Shown here: one piece after another, positions 59,554 through 64,000 of the stretch
Layout of the letters: the number at the start of each line of letters is the position of its first letter
Numbering within the stretch: position 1 is the first letter of the stretch
Assembly: GCA_050246315.1 (NCBI GenBank)
Contig: JBFWWG010000006.1
Location: forward strand, 96,001-160,000
Length of the DNA: 64,000 bases
Source: Nitrospiraceae bacterium
Lineage (GTDB): Bacteria; Nitrospirota; Nitrospiria; Nitrospirales; Nitrospiraceae
Direction: 5' to 3'
The notes under the pieces: model-generated
What the model was told of the DNA's origin: nothing
Seen by the model: the letters and a program-made list of their open reading frames with translations, nothing else
Database searches by the model: none
Made by a program: the position numbers and the translations under genes

Positions 59554-60863
59554 CAGCTCAAAGGTGTCAACAAATCCAATAACTTAGATTCGAATCCCGG
59601 GAAAGATGTCTCAATGCATCCCGAGTCGGCGATCGTCGTGGCTCCCTCGGCGACAAGACCGGCCACCGCCATCGACATGGCAATGCGGTGATCGCCATGA
59701 CTCTCGCAGCAGCCTCCGGTCAATCGGGCTTTCTCCCCGCCTCCATGAATGACCATCCCATCCGGCCGCTCGGTCATCGAGACGCCCATCTTCCGCAATT
59801 CCGCGGCCATGGTGGCGATCCGATCGCTTTCCTTGACTCGCAATTCTTCGGCGCCAGAGACGATGGTGTCTCCCTCGGCAACCGACGCGGCCACGCAGAG
59901 AATGGGAAACTCGTCGATCATATTCGGAATCTCCTCCGCCGTGACCGTGACACCTTTGAGCGCCGCGGACCGAACCACCAGGTCGGCGACCGGCTCCCCG
60001 GCCTCCTCCGCAATATTCATGACCTGAATATCCGCGCCCATACGGGTCAATATCGTCAACAACCCGACCCTGGTCGGATTGACGCCCACCCGGCGAATCG
60101 TCACATGTGAACCGGTCACGATCGTCGCAGCCACCAGAAAAAACGCGGCGGCGGAGAAATCACCCGGCACACGCAGATCCTTGGCCGGCCAGCCCGCGGC
60201 GGGGCGTCCTTCCACAGATACGGTCGCGCCATGCTGCGAACAGGCAATGCCGAAATAGCGGAAGATCCGCTCAGTATGGTCGCGCGAGACCCGCGGCTCG
60301 GTCACGCTCGTGGCCCCCTCCGCAAAGAGACCGGCCAATAGCAGGGCCGACTTCACCTGCGCGCTGGCAACAGGAGAGGTGTAGGCAATGCCTCGTAGCT
60401 TGCCTCCCGTGATGGCCAGAGGCGCCAGTTCACCGCCGCGCCGACCGGCGATGGAGGCGCCCATCTCCCGCAGAGGGCGGACGACGCGACCCATGGGCCG
60501 ACGCCGGATGGAGGTGTCGCCCGTCAAGACCGTGAAAAAATCCTGGCCTGCGAGGAGGCCCGCCAGGAGCCTGATGCCGGTCCCTGAGTTACCACAATCG
60601 ATCGGGCCGTTCGGTTCGCTAAGTCCCCAGAGTCCCTTTCCCTGCACGTCGAGCCGCTCGGGCGACTCCTGGATCTCGACCCCCATGGCCCGACAAGCCC
60701 GCATCGTGTTCAGACAGTCCTCACCACGACAATAGCCGGTGATGGAACTGCCCCCCTGAGCCAAGGAGGCCAACATGATGGCACGATGGGTCACGGACTT
60801 ATCCCCCGGCATGTCTATGACACCGCGGAGCGATCGAGCCGGCTTGATGGTCAATGATGACAT
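59553..60863 (-). CDS. aroA: EPSP synthase
   Basis: PGDKSVTHR, DCGNSGT, RRPM, ASAQVKS, RVKESDR, DHRIAM. Confidence 0.97.
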   Translation of the reverse strand: MSSLTIKPARSLRGVIDMPGDKSVTHRAIMLASLAQGGSSITGYCRGEDCLNTMRACRAMGVEIQESPERLDVQGKGLWGLSEPNGPIDCGNSGTGIRLLAGLLAGQDFFTVLTGDTSIRRRPMGRVVRPLREMGASIAGRRGGELAPLAITGGKLRGIAYTSPVASAQVKSALLLAGLFAEGATSVTEPRVSRDHTERIFRYFGIACSQHGATVSVEGRPAAGWPAKDLRVPGDFSAAAFFLVAATIVTGSHVTIRRVGVNPTRVGLLTILTRMGADIQVMNIAEEAGEPVADLVVRSAALKGVTVTAEEIPNMIDEFPILCVAASVAEGDTIVSGAEELRVKESDRIATMAAELRKMGVSMTERPDGMVIHGGGEKARLTGGCCESHGDHRIAMSMAVAGLVAEGATTIADSGCIETSFPGFESKLLDLLTPLS

Positions 60864-60882
60864 GGTGTACAGCGGAGAGTCC

Positions 60883-61767
60883 TTACGCCGGCTGTCCGTT
60901 GAGCTGCTCTCGGACGGTCCTGGCCGCTTCCATTTTCTTTTCCAGACCGGGTCCGTCACCGGATTTGATCAGCTCCTTCAATTGCCGGAGGTGCTGTTCA
61001 TAGACCTCGATCAATTGAACCAAATTGTCCGGATTCCAGAGGCAGATATCGCGCCACATTTCAGGAGAGCTGGCCGCGATGCGTGTCGTGTCGCGCAGCC
61101 CACCACCCGAGTGCAGGCGGAGATCCAAATCCGGCGCCATGCGATCCCGCACCTCCGCGAGCGCATTCACCAGGGCAAACGCGGCCATGTGCGGCAGATG
61201 GCTGACCGCGCCCAAAATCTTGTCGTGGAGAAAGGGGTCCATCGAGAGCACGGTCGAACCTGTTCGTTCCCACAACTCCGTGATCGCCTGCAACGCCTCC
61301 GGATCGGTGCGCGGCGTCGGGGTGACAATGCACCGGGCTCTCTTGAAAAGCGTCACCGAAGCCGCTGCCACGCCGGTTTTTTCCTTGCCGGCGATGGGAT
61401 GTGCGCCCACAAAGCGGACTTGCGCAGGGAGGTGATTTTCGGCCTGAATCACGAGGTTTCCTTTGACACTCCCCACGTCACTGACGATCGCGTGAGGCCG
61501 TAGGACCGCCCCCCAGTCCTTGAGGTGCGGCTCATACGTAGAAACCGGGGTTGCAAGAATGACGAGGTCCGCGTCCCGCACCCCTTCACAAGGATCGGAG
61601 ACATACCGGTCGATCGCGCCGACCTCCATCGCCGTCTTGAGATTCTCGATCCTCCTCCCGACCCCCACGACGGTCTCGGCCAGCCCTTCTCGCCGCACGA
61701 TCATTCCCAGGGAGCCTCCGATCAGGCCGACCCCGATGATCGTCATCTGTTTGAAATGTACTGTCAT
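60883..61767 (-). CDS. tyrA: Prephenate/arogenate dehydrogenase
   Basis: GVGLIGGS, DVGSVK, HPIAG, SHLPH, DTTRIA. Confidence 0.95.
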   Translation of the reverse strand: MTVHFKQMTIIGVGLIGGSLGMIVRREGLAETVVGVGRRIENLKTAMEVGAIDRYVSDPCEGVRDADLVILATPVSTYEPHLKDWGAVLRPHAIVSDVGSVKGNLVIQAENHLPAQVRFVGAHPIAGKEKTGVAAASVTLFKRARCIVTPTPRTDPEALQAITELWERTGSTVLSMDPFLHDKILGAVSHLPHMAAFALVNALAEVRDRMAPDLDLRLHSGGGLRDTTRIAASSPEMWRDICLWNPDNLVQLIEVYEQHLRQLKELIKSGDGPGLEKKMEAARTVREQLNGQPA

Positions 61768-61855
61768 CTCTCCTATTCAGCTCGGCCGATCGGCCACATC
61801 GTCAAGCCCCAGCCCGTCCGAATCGCCATTGCCGCGGTTTCACCGAACGGACCGG

Positions 61856-62869
61856 CTATAGCTCGCGCCCGACCGCCTGTCCGATCTTTTTGATCTCGAC
61901 CATCAACTCTTTGAACTTGGCCGGCTTGATCGATTCCTCGCCGTCGCACAGTGCGCACTCAGGATTCGAATGCACCTCGATAAGCAGCCCATCCGCTCCC
62001 GCCGCGATCGCGGCTCGTGACATGGGGGCGACCAGGTTCCACTTGCCGGTGGCATGACTCGGGTCCACGATGACCGGGAGGTGCGACAGTTCTTTGAGTG
62101 TCGGAACGGCCGAAAGGTCGAGCGTATTGCGATATTGCGTTTCGAACGTCCGGATGCCTCGTTCGCACAACATCACGTTGCGATTCCCGCGCGACATCAC
62201 GTATTCCGCCGACAGCAGGAACTCCTTGAGCGTCGCCGAAAGCCCGCGCTTGAGCAGCACCGGTTTGTCGTAGGAGCCGACCTCCTTCAGCAGCTCGAAG
62301 TTCTGCATGTTGCGCGCGCCCACTTGAATGATATCCGCCTTTTCCAGAAATAGATCGATGTCGCGCGTGTCCAGGATTTCGCTCACGACCGGCAGCCCTG
62401 TCTGCTTCTTGGCCTCCAACAGATAGTCGAGCCCTTCCCGGCCCACTCCCTGGAACGAATACGGAGAGGTCCGCGGTTTGTAGGCCCCGCCCCGCAGGAT
62501 GCCCGCCCCACCGGCCTTGACCTCGTGGGCGATGCCGACGGTCAATTCCAATCGCTCCACCGCGCAGGGACCGGCCATGATGGTCAGTTTTTGATCGCCG
62601 ATCTTAACCCCGCCGACATCGATCACCGTCCCCTCTTTCCTGAACTCACGACTGACGAGTTTCCAAGGAGCCAGAATCGGCGTGACGCTTTCCACGCCCG
62701 GGAAGGCCGTGAGCGGTTGATTGTGCAGGATCCGATCATCCCCGATCACCCCGATGATCGTCCGTTCCTGTCCAGTGGAAATGTGCGATTTCAACCCCAG
62801 TTCCCGCAGTCGTTCCAGCAGATGATCGATCTGCTTTTCCGTCGCGTCCGGTTTCAAGACAATGATCAT
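61856..62869 (-). CDS. aroF: DAHP synthase class I-beta with N-terminal regulatory domain
   Basis: [35 protein letters not shown]. Confidence 0.95.
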   Translation of the reverse strand: MIIVLKPDATEKQIDHLLERLRELGLKSHISTGQERTIIGVIGDDRILHNQPLTAFPGVESVTPILAPWKLVSREFRKEGTVIDVGGVKIGDQKLTIMAGPCAVERLELTVGIAHEVKAGGAGILRGGAYKPRTSPYSFQGVGREGLDYLLEAKKQTGLPVVSEILDTRDIDLFLEKADIIQVGARNMQNFELLKEVGSYDKPVLLKRGLSATLKEFLLSAEYVMSRGNRNVMLCERGIRTFETQYRNTLDLSAVPTLKELSHLPVIVDPSHATGKWNLVAPMSRAAIAAGADGLLIEVHSNPECALCDGEESIKPAKFKELMVEIKKIGQAVGREL

Positions 62870-62900
62870 GGTGTCGCCTCGACGATCGATACGGAATCGG

Positions 62901-63980
62901 TTAACGCCCCAGGACTTTCCGGAGCGCGGCAAGAAACAGTTGGTTTTCCTCCGGGAGACCGATTGTCACGCGCAGCATCGCCCCTTCAATGTGCCGGACG
63001 ATGACGCCTTCGCGCAGCAGGGATTGGAACAGGACTCGTCCGTCCCGTCCCGAATCGAAATACAGAAAATTCGCCTGGCTCGGAAGGGGCGCAAAACCCA
63101 AGGCCTCGAGGCCCTGTCGCACCACGTCCATTTGTTCCCGATTGAGACTCCGGCTTCGCGCCACATGCCGCTCGTCGCCCAGAGCCGCGATGGCAGCTTC
63201 CTGCGCGACGCTGTTGGCGTTGAAGGGAGGGCGGAGCCGGTTGAGGTAATTCGTGATCTCCGGGGTAGTCAGACCGTAGCCGATGCGCAACCCCGCCAGG
63301 CCATAAATTTTCGAGAAGGTCCGCAACACAATTGCATGGCGACCCTGTTTCAGATAGGAAAGTGAATCGGCATAGTCCGCCGCCTCGGCATATTCGTAAT
63401 AGGCTTCGTCAAACACGACGACGACCTGCTCGGGCACACGCGGCATGAGGGTCCGAACCTCAGCCTCGGTCACCATGGTTCCCGTGGGATTATTGGGATT
63501 GCAGATAAACAGGAGCCTGGTGCGCGGGGTGATGGCGTCAGCCATGGCGGGAAGATCATGGCGTCCGTTCTTCATCGGCACCGCGACCGGCTTTCCATGC
63601 GCGGCGGTGACTTCCATTTTGTAGATCACGAAGGTATTGCTGGCCATGACGGCTTCATCCCCAGGAGCAAGGAACGTTCGGGCCAGCAACCCAAGGATTT
63701 CATCCGATCCATTCCCCAAGATCACCTGGTCGGGAGCGACCTTCCATCGTTCCGCCAGCGCGGAGCGCAGCCGAAATGCCCCACCGTCGGGGTAGCGATG
63801 CAGCGATTCAGTCACCGGGCCGATCGCGGCCACCGCTTTCGGGGAGGGCCCCAATGGGTTCTCGTTCGACGCTAACTTGATGATCCGCGACAGCCCCAGT
63901 TCCCGCTGCAACTCCTCGATCGGTTTGCCCGGGACATAGGGAACGAGCGAATCAATATCGGGATGAACGGTCAGTGCCAT
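62901..63980 (-). CDS. hisC: Histidinol-phosphate aminotransferase
   Basis: LASNENP, GNGSDE, NPNNPTG, DEAY, RTFSKIYGLAGLRIGY. Confidence 0.95.
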   Translation of the reverse strand: MALTVHPDIDSLVPYVPGKPIEELQRELGLSRIIKLASNENPLGPSPKAVAAIGPVTESLHRYPDGGAFRLRSALAERWKVAPDQVILGNGSDEILGLLARTFLAPGDEAVMASNTFVIYKMEVTAAHGKPVAVPMKNGRHDLPAMADAITPRTRLLFICNPNNPTGTMVTEAEVRTLMPRVPEQVVVVFDEAYYEYAEAADYADSLSYLKQGRHAIVLRTFSKIYGLAGLRIGYGLTTPEITNYLNRLRPPFNANSVAQEAAIAALGDERHVARSRSLNREQMDVVRQGLEALGFAPLPSQANFLYFDSGRDGRVLFQSLLREGVIVRHIEGAMLRVTIGLPEENQLFLAALRKVLGR

Positions 63981-64000
63981 GATTACGCGTGTGCCGGATA

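Overview
GC-rich bacterial chromosome segment. Gene content and small hypothetical families suggest Nitrospirota/Nitrospira (inference). Both ends are housekeeping. Left: argG(partial)-argH-lipoprotein-lysA-dapA-dapB, tal, UDG, lytic transglycosylase, glycerate kinase and a PEP-utilising enzyme. Right: aroK/aroE, trmI, nfeD/slipin, a sigma70 factor, htrA-like, lipB, gdh, ihfB, sppA, rpsA, plsC, cmk, aroA, tyrA, aroF, hisC. An accessory zone (~13.6-36.9 kb) ends at a tRNA-Arg(UCG) and contains: (i) a sigma54 module with visible UAS/IHF/-24-12 sites upstream of a membrane protein, OsmC, MddA-like methyltransferase, small protein and Tat-exported Mo sulfite-oxidase-family enzyme; (ii) several pseudogenes, a dead IS5 and MITEs; (iii) a locus with two near-identical Fur-family boxes, a candidate ~160-nt structured sRNA/leader, two small Cys-rich proteins (one absent from the ORF track), a ZIP transporter and a Zn-ribbon/peroxiredoxin-fold fusion lacking the catalytic motif; (iv) a triple array of a covarying hairpin motif just downstream of the tRNA, which recurs twice elsewhere. 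A modular MITE family sits repeatedly at stop codons. All calls come from visual motif recognition; no searches were run.
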